Shown: positions 1 to 14,700 of the stretch, in pieces | Position numbering within the stretch: the first letter of the stretch is position 1 | How the letters are laid out: each line of letters begins with the position of its first letter | The notes under the pieces: model-generated | Seen by the model: only the letters and a program-made list of their open reading frames with translations | Database searches by the model: none | What the model was told of the DNA's origin: nothing | Position numbers and translations under genes: made by a program | From: Antedon mediterranea | Taxonomy: Eukaryota > Animalia > Echinodermata | NCBI RefSeq assembly: GCF_964355755.1 | Contig: NC_092674.1 | Location: forward strand, 12,772,001-12,836,000 | Reading direction: 5' to 3' | DNA length: 64,000 bases

Positions 1-977
1 AAAAAAGCCACGGCAATTTACAAAAAAAACACGGCATTTGAACAAAAATACCACAGCAACTTAAAAATGAACACCATGGCTTTTAAAAAAAATTACCGAG
101 GTTTATTTTGTAAATTGCCGTATATTTTTTTAAAGTTGCCGTGACGCTTACAGGCCACCGTACAAACCGCGATCGAAAGTATGAGTGTTTGCTCTAATGA
201 CGTCCTAATGATTGTGGTGATCGTATTTTTTCCCCTTTGTTTGTTATTACGTTGGTAGGTGACATTGTTAGAGCTCATGAAGACACTGAATAAAATCTCA
301 AAGTAGCCTACTGCACATTATAATATATAATTTCTTGGCAAATGATGCATGTGATACGATTATAACGAGTTACACAAATCAAAGTTAACTTAACGAATAC
401 CATGCACAATTGTAGAATCACTAGTCCATAAGAAATTCGGCGAATCTCGGTTCACCTGAGAAGCTGTTCATTCTGAATCTGGACGTTGAATAGATGTTGT
501 TGTGCACTTTAACGAAGAATTACTTTTTGTTGTGGATAGGAAAGACGACAATCGGCACAAAATAAGTAGAATACTAATGCCTTTTCAGAATGTTTGAATA
601 AATAAAACACGAATGTTGAAAGATAGTTACAAGAAAGAGATAATAAACAAGGATCATTTATTTTTAATTTTATTTGTATTATTATGCTGTATAGCTCACT
701 GCATGTTTATTAACTCATTTAAAGTATCACATTTTGTAATGAAAATGTATAAACAAGAACGTTAATATATTATTACCAAACAGTGTTTATCAGTTGTAAA
801 CCATTATCTTGATTTTACCAGTTTCTGTTTTATAATTTCAGTTTGATCTTGTCTGTGAAAAGGCCGCAAAGCCATCGCTTTCACAGTCATTTTTTTTTGT
901 TGGAACACTAGTTGGTTCACTTGTTTTTGGAGCTTTAGCGGACAAGTAAGTATTTTAGCATTTCCTAATTGTTGTTG

Positions 978-1096
978 CATCAGGTGGTTAAAATCAGTAC
1001 CGAAAGTACGAACCAACTTTATATACCATCGAGTAAAAATTCTAGAAGTAAGGCGCGATTTACCGAATTTTGCCCTTACGTAAATTTATATATAGA
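978..1096 (-). mobile_element. 5' terminal fragment of non-autonomous Helitron family A
   Basis: Near-identical to ~11287-11405 and ~37437-37555 (catcaggtggttaaaatcagtaccgaaagt...aaatttatatataga); minus strand begins A|TC. Confidence 0.8.
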
Positions 1097-1842
1097 TAAT
1101 AATTATGCTATTTTAGCTATAACGCTAATTTAGAAAATGACTCTTTGGTTCATTCAATGTATTCACCAAAGTCCCGCACTGTATCTTGTTTGATAAATGA
1201 CACTGTATTTGGGATTATAATTTATTACATGATACAAATACGCATTTTTGTTATAATTTTCTTCATAGGTTTGGGAGGAAGCCTGTTTTGTTTTTAGCTG
1301 TAGGCTTGCAGTGTGGCTCTGGAATATTAACTTCCTTTGTGAAATCGTTTGCTGCTTACACGGCGTTGCGATTCATCACGGCGGCAGCGAACATGCTGTT
1401 TTCATCACTGCCTTTGTTATAGGTAGGGTATTTATATATAGATATGCATAATATTCGCTCAGTGCAGACCACCTAATTATATTATATATATTAATTATTT
1501 AGATAATTATGGTAGATCGAGTTCATTGTATTTCCAACAAAGATTGACACAATAACATCTTGAAATAGTAGCTTGATGCTAAACATTGCTCTGCCTTACC
1601 TTTCTTTAGTCGATGTCTTTCGCGAAAGACAACAACAATAGTTTTACATTACATTCATGTGAATAATGGACGAACAAATCACCTTGTTTGGTCCAATCAT
1701 TAATCAAGTGCTTCACTCGTTCAGTGCCCACCTTAACCAGATGAGACGCATAAACCAATACGTCTGAACAGGGGCTGCCATAAGTGTCAGCAGTTATGAT
1801 TTCAAATGCCTAATGGAACCAAGCTTCATATATACATTATAT

Positions 1843-1951
1843 ACAGCACCCGATATTCCCAGATTATTGTCAAAGCTCTAACCGGACCAAACGTTGCTTA
1901 ACTTCGGCGACCTGGCGAGAACCAATGTTTCAACGTGGTAAAGCCGTATGC
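1843..1951 (-). pseudogene. 5S rRNA-derived sequence (pseudogene or SINE3 head)
   Basis: Reverse complement GCATACGGCTTTACCACGTTGAAACATTGGTTCTCG...CGAAGTTAAGCAACG...CTGGGAATATCGGGTGCTGT follows the metazoan 5S rRNA consensus, with substitutions and an internal deletion. Confidence 0.8.
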
Positions 1952-2917
1952 CTACATTCATTATACTTTAACGCTGACGAAAAATATAATTATAAACAAT
2001 AGTTACTTTATTCCCGGAGCAACCCTTTAAAAGTTTAATGTAAGTACAGTATACTAAATGCCAATTTCCACTAACGATCGTTAACGGTAAGGGGTAAGCG
2101 GAAAACAAAAATAGCCTATATAGAATCATGTTATTTCGTATGACCTTTTACAAAACAAGGAGCGATTGAGTGGAAACCCGCTCATGATAGATACAAATTC
2201 TACCTGGGACAAACACAACGTTTTCCACCTACCACTAACCGCTCGAATCGTCTGTATAAATTGCCCTTAAACTGTACTAAAATACACTATAATAATGGTA
2301 ATCATTGTTTATCGATTACGATTATTATTATTATTACGATTTAGTATCGATTCTCTTTAGGTACCGAGACTGTCGGTGTTTCCAAACGAACATATGCTGG
2401 ACTTGTTATCGAATTCTTCTTTGCATTTGGTCTAATAATCATGGCAGGACTTGCATACTTTATCCGTGAATGGCGAACTTTACAGCTTGTGGCTAGTGTT
2501 CCTGGGCTATTAAATTTTCTTTATATACCGTAAGAGAAAGTTACCAAAACACTGTATAAATACCGTAACACTTTTTGCATATTTTATTTTATTGTTTTAT
2601 TCTCAAATATTCAAGTCCATAACAGGAGTTTTGCCTTTCCTTTGTAATTATTATAAATAATACAACAAAAAGAGCGAAAGTAAATTGAAGTGATTAACAT
2701 TTTTTTTCATTCATTTATTTGGCACTTTGACCAGTGTAATGGTAAAACATGTATGAACATGTTAAAAGCTATCAAAAACGCTTAATTAATAAATACATTA
2801 TTGTTTTGTTAAACTAAAATAGGGCATATGTTTTAACATTATAGGCCTAATAGAAAATTATTTTAGTTTTTAACAAAACAATAATTAATGCATTCGCTCA
2901 AATTCTTGACCGAAATT

Positions 2918-3090
2918 GAGGTGAGGTGAGGTGAGTCCCGTGTTCTCTGAACGTAGGGGAATGAGCTGTTAGGAGCTCATTGTACTAAGCCTCGGCATTA
3001 TGTGGTAGGGTGGCCAGTTCCTTTCCACGCCGCCTTTTTTCTCCCTAGTATTTTCAACCAGGTACTCATTTTACAGCTGAGTGGACTGGA
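2918..3090 (-). mobile_element. SINE-like fragment (CORE-like motif plus simple-repeat tail)
   Basis: Minus strand reads CCAGTCCACTCAGCTGTAAAATGAGTACCTGG, a common SINE core motif, and ends in (CCTCA)n. Confidence 0.5.
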
Positions 3091-6000
3091 CTAATAATCT
3101 CTCTTTTTCAAGATTTTTCCCAGAATCAGCACGGTGGTTGATTTCTCAAAAAAGATATGATGAAGCAAAGAAGATAACTGAGAAGGCAGCAACTGTAAAC
3201 AACGTTAATTTGCCAACATATTTTCACTTTTCTGAACACACTGTACGTGTAATGGTTATTACATATAATTAGGTATATGAAACGTTATCGAATATTTCTT
3301 AATTTTAAAACAATGATTGTTTATAATATTGAACATTTTCAGTAATAATAATATTCATTCACATACAAGATACAAAATGTTTTTATTGGTTTTTCCTGGT
3401 AAAACAATTACAATATATACAGAGATTTCAACAACGAACGGATTTAAAGAGGCATAGAGACATTACAAACCACCAGAGTTGAATACTGGAATCAATTTAT
3501 AAACGGTGAAGATGTATATGTATCTTATCCCGTATCTTTTTAAAAGTCAACATGGGCACATTTATCTTATTTCTTGGTTCTGGTATTCCTTGATAGACAA
3601 ACGATAAAAATATGAAGATAAAAATGTATACACCTACACACGAAACAAGGGTATTTTATTAAGTTATCAACAGCAAAAGAAATGTATGTTTCCTAACTTT
3701 AAACGCACCTTTCTATTTTGCGGTAAAAGTTTCTTAGATATTTTGACTAGGATGTAATTATTTTTAAGTTATAACATTTCTTCTATTCACTTGCTGAACT
3801 TTTATATTTTCAGGGTAAACCATCTTCACTCATGTCGTTTCTTGATTTATTTAGACCATGGCCAGTTTGTAAGCGAACATTTAATGTTATGTTATGCTGG
3901 TAAGTTATGCTTATAATATGTTTTACCTGATGTGTACGGATTTTTTTTTTAGGAAACACTAAACGTCTACACAAGCAAACTTTTCATTTTGTTTACTGCA
4001 TGGTGACAAAAACTTAAGGAACCTCAGGAAACTTCTGAAAAATAAAAGTTTGTCTCCACTTCCCTAAAGCATATTCTACACTAGCATAATTTACTTAACA
4101 ATTGGGATATGTTTTTGTGTCTGTTGGACACTAGTTACTAGAGGCTTTTGACGACCTAACTTCTGCAAACTAAATAGTTTTCTTTAGTTTTGTCAAGTTT
4201 TCCGCTAACAGACATTGGAAAACTTCCTTTGTCAAACTCGAAATTGGCAAACTAAAGCTGTCTAATACCTTAGCATCTACCATTGCTTGGAGAATTTTGT
4301 TTGCCTGCTGTTACTGGAGTCTGTCATTTTGCAGGCCTTCTTCAAACGATGGTTGTCAGCAGTTTTTCAAAATCAAGTTTGCAAACTAGAGTTTGAAAGA
4401 ATATGTACTAGGCTGATTATCAATAGCGTGTTAGTATTATTCAATAGTTACCATACGTCAATGGCGACAATATATTTCAATTTTATCGTGACTATTTTTA
4501 ATAATAATAATTGTTTAAATATTAAATATTGTTTTTTTTAAGGATTGCTGTTAATATCTCCTACTTTGGCCTCTATCTGAGTACTTCTGATTTTGGCGTT
4601 AATCATTACATATCTTTTCTTGTATCTGGTGCTACCGAGATACCAGCCTTAGCCTATGCATTGAGTATTGTATGTAGCTCTGGACTATTTTGGACGCAGA
4701 CGATCTTTATCAGCAACATTGTTACTCGGTGGCGTTGCTTGTTTACTAACTATTTTTATTCGTAAGTAAACAACAACACCAATAATGATAATAATGATAA
4801 TAATAAAAGAATTTATAATGCCCACAGCTGCAGTACATACATGTACAAAACCATTTATGTTAAAAAATGAATAAAACAAGTTAAAATTCCATAACGGTCT
4901 ACGACAACTAGTGATACAAAGGTAATTAAACTGTTTGTTTAAAGGATTTGGTATTTGCTTCCATAGTAAAATACAGAATTAGGTTTCGAAAGTATTACCG
5001 GTACCTTTCGAATTCCAACGTAAAAACTTACACGGATACCTTTCAGTAGTTTTAATATACTACATTATTATAAGAATGAGGACAGTAACATTTCAGCACA
5101 TTAAGTCCTAATAGAAGTCTGTGTAATTTAAACAAGTCATCAATAGATAATAATTCTAGCACTTTCAATCTATACAAATAAGATGTGTCACAGAAACCTT
5201 TCTAAACATCATTATCCGTGTTGCTTTCCTTTGTATACTTTCTATTCTATTAATTAACTTCTCAAATGGTGCCCACATTGACGATCCTGTTGTACGCGGT
5301 ATAGTACATCTGATGATCTAAGTGAGCAAGCTGGTTGATACAATACAAGATTCTACTCAAATAATAATTTGGAGCAATATTCTGTCGTGCTTTAAATGTG
5401 GTTATGAGTAATTCATACTTAATCCTGCGATGAACTGGTAGTCAATGAAGAAGATCTATGAATTAAAAGTTCCTCTTAATTATTGGTGATTCGTACTAGA
5501 ATCACCTATTGATTTTGTATGAATAAATATAGTAAGACATCACTGTGTTTTGTTTATACCAATAATTTACTTTGTAATATATTTTTTATTTTTTTGAAAA
5601 GCAATGGGAATAGGACGACTGACAGTAGCGATGGTAGGAAAGTTTGGAGTAACCGCTGCATTCGGTATTATATTTTTCTATACTGCAGAGCTGTATCCAA
5701 CTAACATACGGTTAGAAATATAATATACTCCTATTTAGTGGTTATAGCTAGTCTAGTTCAATTGATAAAAGTTAAATACTGTGTTAAACGAGCAACTGTA
5801 ATATTATAATAATTATAATTGTATATTCGATGTCCTGAGGTGGTGAGGACTTAAAGCACATCATCTTTTTACTCCCCTATTCACTATCATCAAACTCACA
5901 GAATAAAACAATGATTCTCGCTGATGATTATTTTATTTTGACATTATAATCTCATAAGTTCTTTTTATTGTAATGTTGATGTGTTCTTTATCCATTCCAT

Positions 6001-8425
6001 CTTCATTAGTTGTCAAACTAACCGACTGCTTTATTCATTTGGCAATAGGTCAGTTGCTGTTGGTATTTGTTCAACATCTGGTCGGATTGGAGCCATCCTA
6101 TCACCATATATCCTCCACCTGTCAAGGTATTGGGCACCACTTGCAATGTTAACATTCAGTGTATTAGCTATTTCATCTGGAGTACTTGTTTTACTTTTAC
6201 CCGAAACTGCCAATAGAAAGTTACCAGATACAATGGATGAAGTCACACAACTTAAAATGTAAGGGTTTGTTTGTAAATGTTTCAAACATTCAGAATGTAC
6301 AAATATACCGCATTCATTGAAACATAATGGGTTCAGTAAGATGTCTAATCTATCAGGACACGAATTATGATTATTATGTGTAATATTTTGTTTTGTGTAA
6401 TTATAAAGTTAATATTTGCATCAATTGTTGTCAGCGCTAGTAAGAGCATGTTGCTTTGGTAGGTCTGTGTGTGTGTGGTTTATCTTCTTTCTAAGTTTAC
6501 AGCATTGTTTCGACCAGGGAAGACGTTTAGACGTATGCCTATGTTACAGGAATACGATCACTTTTGAATATCATGGTCTGAACAAACATGTTAAAACGTA
6601 AAATAGCTATGTTATGTTAAACTAACCTGCCGTACCTTGGGTATATTTGTATAGTTTCTTTCACTTCATTTTCTACAATATTTAATTTCCATTAATGATA
6701 ATATTACCGTTTTATAATTTATTTTCAGATCTGTGACAAAATTATCGTCAGCAGAATTAGGAGAAAAAGAAGCTATAACACAAACAACATTAATATCATG
6801 AGAAAGGTTACACCGACGTAACATGATAGACTTCGGTAAAAACGTAAAAAAAACAGTAGTTCCCCAAAAAAATAACCCAGTGGCTTGCTCATAAAAGCAA
6901 TTAGGGTGATAAGGGTTATTAAATACTCAACGCTATTACACTGTGTTTTAATCAACATTATGATGTTGATTTGTATCAGTACTTCTAGATTATCTATAAG
7001 AATACTAGTATATCAACGTATCCAACAAATTAATGGAAGTCCTTATAATAGGTAACTAAACGCATTTCATCAACTGGTTGTATTTCACACTATTTAAATT
7101 TAGACTTGTTTTTAGCGTTATTTAATTTTCTATTTGCTGCCTATTCCAATGGATAACATAAGAATCGGCAGCAATTTGCCTTTTTTAGAAAATTAAATTT
7201 CAAATTTATAAAAATGTAGGCCTACTTAGAGTATTGTAAATATAATCAAATTATTGCCTTGTTAATGATTTAATAATACACTGCATAATGGTTATTGATG
7301 TACATATCATATATTTATATTTTAATGTATGGATGATCTGTTGAATTGTAAAATAATCTTAAAAATAAATGGGACACTTTTTATTAACAGAAAAAAAGCC
7401 ATAACATCAAAATATCAAAAGAAACAAAACAAAACATAAATTTGTTTTTTTCTTATAATTTGCAAGTGATATACTAATTCTAATAAAGATTATGATGTAC
7501 TGAAATAAAGGTTAGAGTGAATCCCACAAAAAAGAAACTAAAAAAAGTACAGCCAACAATTTCTTTTCTTTCAAAATACTTAAGACTAAAGATTTTATAA
7601 TGCACGTTATTAACTCAACATGAAAAGCTTTTAAACCTTATTTGAATACATCATATAACACCACGTGTAGGCTCCTTATTTATTATATATATTTATTCTA
7701 TACAAGTTATTTATTATTGTTTATTTAATTTTTAATCTTTAATCTTTCTTACTTCTGGTTAACAATATTATGGTCCTGTTGAAAAACATAAACAAATCTT
7801 AACTACAAAATGTTAACAATTTAATTTAATTCTATTGATTTCGTTCAATTGGTGACAAAATATACGTATAATAAAATATATGTATTAATATAAACGGATT
7901 GACTTGACCAATCACATGCCGATTGAGTTACTCCTCATTAAACAGCCTGTAGTGCAGTGTTAAAAGTTCCAAGTTATAACTAGCGTCTATATAATAATAT
8001 TATTGTAACATAAGCCTGTAAGCTTGTCTTCTCAGGATACATAAGTAATTATAAATTCAATAATCTGTAGTTTACATAACTATATTTTCAATATACACAA
8101 ATAAAAGAGAGTCTAAAGGTTTATAACCGAATAAAGACTTTGTTACATGTACAATTGTGAAAAAGGTTGTATTATTATATTGATGTGATGATGAGAATCC
8201 CAGCCGATTCTGAATGAATCGTGCAAGTACATTGTCGATGGGTATACGGCGAGTATGATGTATACAATAACTTTGGTAATGTACCTGAGAATTATTGACA
8301 GTGGTGATGTTCTTAATGATGCTGGTGGTGTATTTGACGAATGCGACGATGTACCTGCCTGCTGAACCCACGCACATTTCAGCCACGCTCCTCTATTCCG
8401 ACCAGTGGTGATTCCCACAAGGAAG

Positions 8426-8703
8426 TTAGGGTTCAGTTTCAAATTGATCAGCTAGGTCTGTTCTGCCTGTATGCTTTAGAGCTTCTATAAGATGTGAACG
8501 CTTGGACTTCTCGTAGCTCTGCCAAACCTCCAACATGCTTTGCATTGCTCCTTGTATGTTATTAGGATTGTCTTGTTTAAATGTATAAATATTGGCTTTC
8601 GTGAAGCCAAGACGTAATCCTAGTTCTTCCCATTCACCGCACAGGTTGTTGGTTAGATCCGCTAATTCTCCACCCGTTAATTTTCTGCTCGTCAAGCCTG
8701 CAT
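8426..8703 (-). CDS. Terminal exon encoding a death domain
   Basis: LTGGELADLTNNLCGEWEELGLRLGFTKANIYTFKQDNPNNIQGAMQSMLEVWQ...LIEALKHTGRTDLADQF matches the death-domain pattern (W..LG..LG, ML..W, L..AL...GR.DLA); AG acceptor at 8704-8705. Confidence 0.9.
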
Positions 8704-11700
8704 CTAAAAATATATATATAAATTAAATTAATAAAAATTAAATAAATCATCAACTAAAAAAACATCGTATCTGATAGATTATTACAAATCAAATAAGGTA
8801 GCTTGTTAGAAATTTAGTAGTAATTGTTGTATTTGGCCTGTATACACATTTATAATTTTATTAAGTTTTGTTTTGTATTTCTTTTTACTTCACCTGACGG
8901 AGGCATTCCTGCTTGAATGCATTTGTGGTTATTGCTACGTTATTGGGAAATTCAAACTGTATACATCATATCGGACATACTGTAGGCACATCTATATTAC
9001 CTAAAGTAATATTTTACGATTATCAGTGTTGTATCTACACATACTTCAATATTTTCATCATTTGTATTATAGGAATATGTTTGTAATACCGTATCTCATT
9101 TGTATCTCATGTCACCTTATGTTGAGCCTGACGTGACGTATAAGGTTAGGTTAAGTGTTATGTTATGGTACACTGTATGATACTATGAGATACATGTGTC
9201 ACACATGTGATATTGTAATACCAAACATTCCTTTGATACTTGAGAAATCTAGATACATTACATTGTGATGATATATGACGCGGGACCAGTAATTAGCTTT
9301 TCATTTTTTTATCTTATGTGGCGTCTAAACAGAGCGACAGAATTATAATGCATAATCCTCATTATATTTCCATCAATCAGACTCAAATATTGATCAACAG
9401 TTATAAGAGAGCACGTATATTGTACGGGGATTTTAGCGAAATGTTTGCATTGTGTGCACCTATCTGTAAGAACAATTCGCACTTGATGCAAAAATTGGAA
9501 CCAACTAACCTGTAGCCTGAGGATCATCACTCGGTGTATCTATGTACAAAACGTAGGACTAGGTATTAGTAAACATCTCAAAAACTAATTGCTCATATAA
9601 AAAAATGGTAAGCCTTATAATTGAATTATTATATTAGCTTACTTTATAAAACGTTTACATAACATTGTTGCTAGATCTGTTTTTAAGTACAGTGACAACA
9701 AACTACATACTGTAGGTCGAATTGTGCTTGTTTCTACATAGAATCAAGCAGCTAATCACAATAGTGACCAAATAACATAAGTGAGACTATTCTGATATTG
9801 ATACCATACCTAACTATACATTGTACGTTTAAAATCCTATTTCGCAAGTTTACTGAACTTTTGACTATTATTGTATAAACAACACAATAATCAAAATAAA
9901 CATAATATTCAAAACATTTTTTTTTAAATTAAAATTAGATTGCATCGTTTCATTTTGATTTCAAAAAGAATCTCAGATTGTACACTAGTAAAACATATAG
10001 GCCTAGAAATAAAGGAACAATCATTTATTATTATTATATTATTTAAAGTTATTTAATTGTTGAATTATAACTTATATAATTATAAGCACTAGATGGTACG
10101 CTCGCTTCGCTCGCGTACCATCTAGGTCGTGCCCACAGATGGTTCTCGAATACACAGTAATTTCAGGGTAAAAAATCTGGCGATTTTAAATGCACGTACC
10201 GCAGGACTATAATACATTGCCGTTTACAGAAACGAATAAGTAGACACAATGATTTATGTAGTCAACCAAAATTAGCACCCTGGGAATTACTTCCGAAAGA
10301 GAAACTTACCACAAAATGAGTCCAAATAGTTTATTCATTTAAAGAAACCCAATTAGGGTTGAGGGATGGGAAGGAGGATAGGTACAAAGAAGAACAATTT
10401 TTAAATATATTCTTTATCCACGTCAGTAACGAAATATTTTTTTTATTTTTTATAGGCCTATAAATAATATACCACTAACGGTGACTAAATATAGTAAAAC
10501 ATTTGCGATTTAATACTTTGTTAAAACTGTCACTGTCATAGTCGATTGAAATAGTAAAGTACATGTAACGATACACCACTACGACGTTTATATTTTTTGT
10601 AATTATTAATTAATGCAAACGTTGAGAAGCAACTGTCAGTAATAAAGTTTATTTGTATATTACGTGTTTATATATCTAACAGTAGAGCCTACCCATAATC
10701 ACAGTAATACAGTTTATTTGTATATATTTTTTTACATCTAACAGTATTCACAGTAAGAGATGTTTGTATATATTTTTTTACATCTAACAGTATTCACAGT
10801 AAGAAATATTCGATTCAAATGACGACCAAAAATGGTTAATAGGTATTTGCAGTACTGTATTGTCAAAGTATTGCAAGTTTATTCTCCAAGGGCTCATAAA
10901 TTTACCTACTTGTGTTAAACCAAACTGGCAGACTGAGAGATTGGAATGTTCCATTCATCGCAAATCAATACATTTGTAAAAACGTAAATTAAATCTATCA
11001 AAATAGTATTTTTTAAAGAAAATCGGCCTGTCTTCAACATTATGATGCTGTACTCGGGCAGTTCAACCGGTTTTCAGCTATTAAAAACAATTATCGTAGG
11101 AGGAGATAGGAAAATGCGAAGCGTCCTAGTATTATTGTGTGCGGGTATTTTTCAAGTTGGACATCCATTAGACAGTGTATACCACGATCGGAAAACACCC
11201 TTATTTGGGGCAAATCGTTGAACCCAAATTCGTTTTAATCGTCAATAACTAATTATCTAACTCAATTTAATTAGTAAACAGGGTAACATCAGGTGGTTAA
11301 AATCAGTACCGAAAGTACGAACCAACTTTATATACCATCGAGTAAAAATTCTAGAAATAAACCGCGATTTATCGAATTTTGCCCTTACGTAAATTTATAT
11401 ATAGATAATCTATTGAAATATAACGTTTGGGCAGTATCCACAGTATGTCAGCCTATAGTAATACACATATTTTCCTAGTTAAAACACTATAATATATGAA
11501 CCAGTTCTACGTTTTGTTCTCTATATTTTACAACTGTAGTAGCCTATCTTTAAACTTACCGCCAAAGAGTCGATTGTAACGAGAAACATCCATGCCTTCT
11601 CTATTGCATGGCAACATGTCATCCTGGAAATCTCCAAGAATTTGCATATGCTTCTTTTCGGATGTCTCGCTACAATCGCAGGGAATGCATCTGTGGAAGG

Positions 11701-14700
11701 TAATCCCCCTTCGACCACCGTCTTTGGAATGTCCAAATGACATCTCAATCGTTGACAACACCTTTCAAAAACAAGAATTGCAGTTAACTGTTTTTTAAAT
11801 TAGGATGTCTATCATTAGCAAAAGTTGTACACAATTAATTGTTATTTCTTTTTAAAATAAACCTCAAAAATACAATATTAAACTGAAATAAATATAGAGC
11901 CACCTTAATTGACCTGAATAAATGATTAACGTTGGAAAAAATGTGTTTACTTGTCGAGTACTTACAAAAAAGCCTACAATATAATAGGTAAATTATAATA
12001 TAACATAATAATATATTTTTTTTAATTTTTATTTTTTTTTATTTCTTTAAAACCAACATCAACGAAAGTTGCCACTTAAAGGTATGAAACAGAAAACAGA
12101 TACAATAAAGATATTATAAATACATACCTCTTTACATGCTTCGGAAGAGGGTTCACATACTGTGCTTATTGTTTTCCTAATTGCCTTTCTACGTGTAACA
12201 GTTACCTAATATTTTATAAGCATACGATATATTGGTATGTGCATAGCAAACGTTATGAATGAATGTTCAGGCCAAAGTTGTGTAAGCTAAATGTGACTGT
12301 AGCAAAAACTATTAAAGGAATGATGTTTATTTTTTTTTATATAAGGCATACTATAGCGTTTTGAATCAATAATCGGTACCGGCAATTGCTGCAACGAAAG
12401 TTATATTGTCTGCGTTTTACATTGTTTTTGTTCACCTTTGATAGTACAATATAATTACAGTAATAACATTTGAAGTTTCTCTGATGCCTTTAAATATCCA
12501 TGGATATCCGGGCATGTCACTGCGCGTGCGCACAATTGGGAACCGCACCGATAATGGTGGTGCTGAAAAGTCGCTATATACAATAGGATTTAAAAAATTG
12601 GATATTACTTGAATTACTGAAAATAATATATCATACCTTTAACAGGAACTTTCGCTCATTCTTCTTAGTTAAGAATTTGACAAGAGACAAGGTCACGTGA
12701 TGAAATTGGTCAAAGTAGAGTTCGGCCAAATCATGCGTTAATACTGGATCATCTCCGTTTTTCTTCCGATATTTGTTAATGAACTCAATAACTAAATATG
12801 GAAACACTACGTCAGGCAGATATCCACAAAGGTCGTAATAGATACTGATAGCTTGGTTGTCATCACGTACAGATCTCACTTCGTTGGATGGAGTATCAAA
12901 AGAAAGTCGCAGTGGCACAAAAAACGATTGCTTGACATCAACTGAGTCCTGAAATATTAATTGCAAATGTTAAAAAAATATAAGATGCCATTTAATTGAA
13001 ATTGTACACACAATAATAAATGTATTACGAGTATTATGTAGTGCACTAAACCTAATTTTCCTATTTTGATCGAAACAGGAAGCATTAACAATACTAATAA
13101 TTATAATATCCATATACAAATGTTTGGTATGATCGCTTCGCTCGTGTACCATAGGTTGTGCCCGCAGATGGTTCTCGAATACACAGTAATTTCAGCGTAA
13201 AAAACTGGTGATTTCAAATTTACAGGACTATAATACATTGTCGTTTACAGAAACGAATGAATAGACAATGATGTATGTAGTCAACTGAAAATAGCAACCT
13301 GGAATTACTTCCGAAAGAGAAACTTTTTTTTATAGGCCTGTAAATAATATACCTATCACTAGGACTAAATACAGTACACATTTGCGATGTATTACTTTGT
13401 TAAAACTGTCACTGTCATAGTGAGTGAGTGGCCGAGCGGTTAAGACAGTGGAACCGTAATTACGTAGCCATAACATCGACAGGGGTTCGAGGCTCACTCA
13501 CTCCATGGTTCTGGTGGTAGAACGAGTCTTCTCGGATAAGGACTATAAACCGTAGGTCCAGTGTACACATCTAGCTCGTGTGCACTTTAAAGAACCTAGT
13601 ACATCTTTCGAATACTAGGCCATATCTATCACCCAAGGGCCCATAAATTCACCTACTTTTGTTAAACCAAAATAATTATAGGGAGACTGAGAGGTTGGAA
13701 TGTTCCATTCATCGCAAATCAATACATTTGTATAAACGTATATTAAATCTATCAAAACAGAATTTTTTTAAAAGAATTATGATGCTATACTCATGTTTTC
13801 AGCTATTAAAAACAATTATCTTAGATGGAGATAGGTAAATGAGAAGCATCCTCGTATTATTGTGTGTGGGTATTTTTCAATATGGACATCCATTAGACAG
13901 TGTACACCACGGTCGGAGCAAATCGTTGAAGCTAAATTCGTTTTAATAGTAAATAACGAATTATATAACTCAACTTAATTAGCAAACAGGAATACATCAG
14001 GTGGTTAAAATCAGTACCGAAAGTACGAACCAACTTTATATACAATTGGGTAAACATTCTAGAAATTACGCGCGATTTAACGAATTTTGCCCTAACGTAA
14101 ATGTATATATAGAAGACAGGGATCTATTTCTGTCATTGACAACCCATTATCCAAGTTGGTTCGAGTCAAGTTAAAAAAAAAGCCCATACCGTTGCCGTGA
14201 CTTGACTAGTAGAGGTTATCTTCCTACAAATGAAACCAAATCGGATCATTAACTCTACAAGGTATTGGAACTTCTCCATATCAATACACTGCTCCTCCCA
14301 CAATTTACGTAACAACGTTTCATCCAGTATGCCTTTGTTAAGGTTCGAAAAGGCTTCACGGTACCTACCTGTCTAAAATAGAATACAAAATAAATATTGT
14401 GATTGGTTGTGTTTCTGTATAAGGCACGCAAGTGGTGTAAACAATATATTTATATTGAAAAGTATTAACACATTTTATTTTTGATGATCCAATGGATGAT
14501 TGGATAAAATGACAAATAAATATCAACAATACATTTTTGGAAAGAAGTCAAATCAGTGTAATTACGCATCTTGTAAAGGGTAAGTTGAAATCAATAAAGT
14601 GTCGCAGGTTTCGGGTCTAATTCAAATACGGTGTTTAACAGAGATGTCGACATTAAACATTTGGAAGTTTATAAGCCAAAAACTAAAACAGACATCTTAA

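Larger units (their letters stand above)
842..6801 (+). pseudogene. SLC22-family (organic cation transporter/OCTN-like, MFS) gene, 5'-partial, with two frameshifts
   Basis: GT-AG exons 842-945 (FDLVCEK...GALADK), 1269-1422 (FGRKPV...), 2361-2529 (GTETVG...EWRTLQL), 3113-3242 (FPESARWL), 3814-3899, 4543-4761 (ISYFGL...EIPA...FGRR), 5602-5710 (GKFG...AELYPTNIR), 6049-6258 (LLPET...LPDT), 6729-6801 (TGA). The motifs are diagnostic of SLC22. Exon 1269-1422 is 1 nt short (shifted frame hits TAG at 1420-1422), and exon 4543-4761 has a net +1 shift around 4645-4680. Confidence 0.85.

Noticed and set aside
1843-1951. Functional 5S rRNA gene
   Set aside because: Internal deletion and substitutions in the internal control region, no T-run terminator and not in a tandem array.
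8072-8442. ORFs of 99-104 aa overlapping or following the death-domain stop
   Set aside because: No recognisable motifs and no splice support; most simply 3' UTR.
8894-9000. Candidate extra ROCO exon with AG acceptor and GTGAAG donor before the death-domain exon
   Set aside because: It is 107 nt and has an in-frame TGA; exon 11560-11761 splices in frame directly to 8703. At most a dead or poison exon.
13422-13505. Functional tRNA gene
   Set aside because: It has A/B boxes but continues into a SINE body and is inserted in a Helitron; it is a SINE head.
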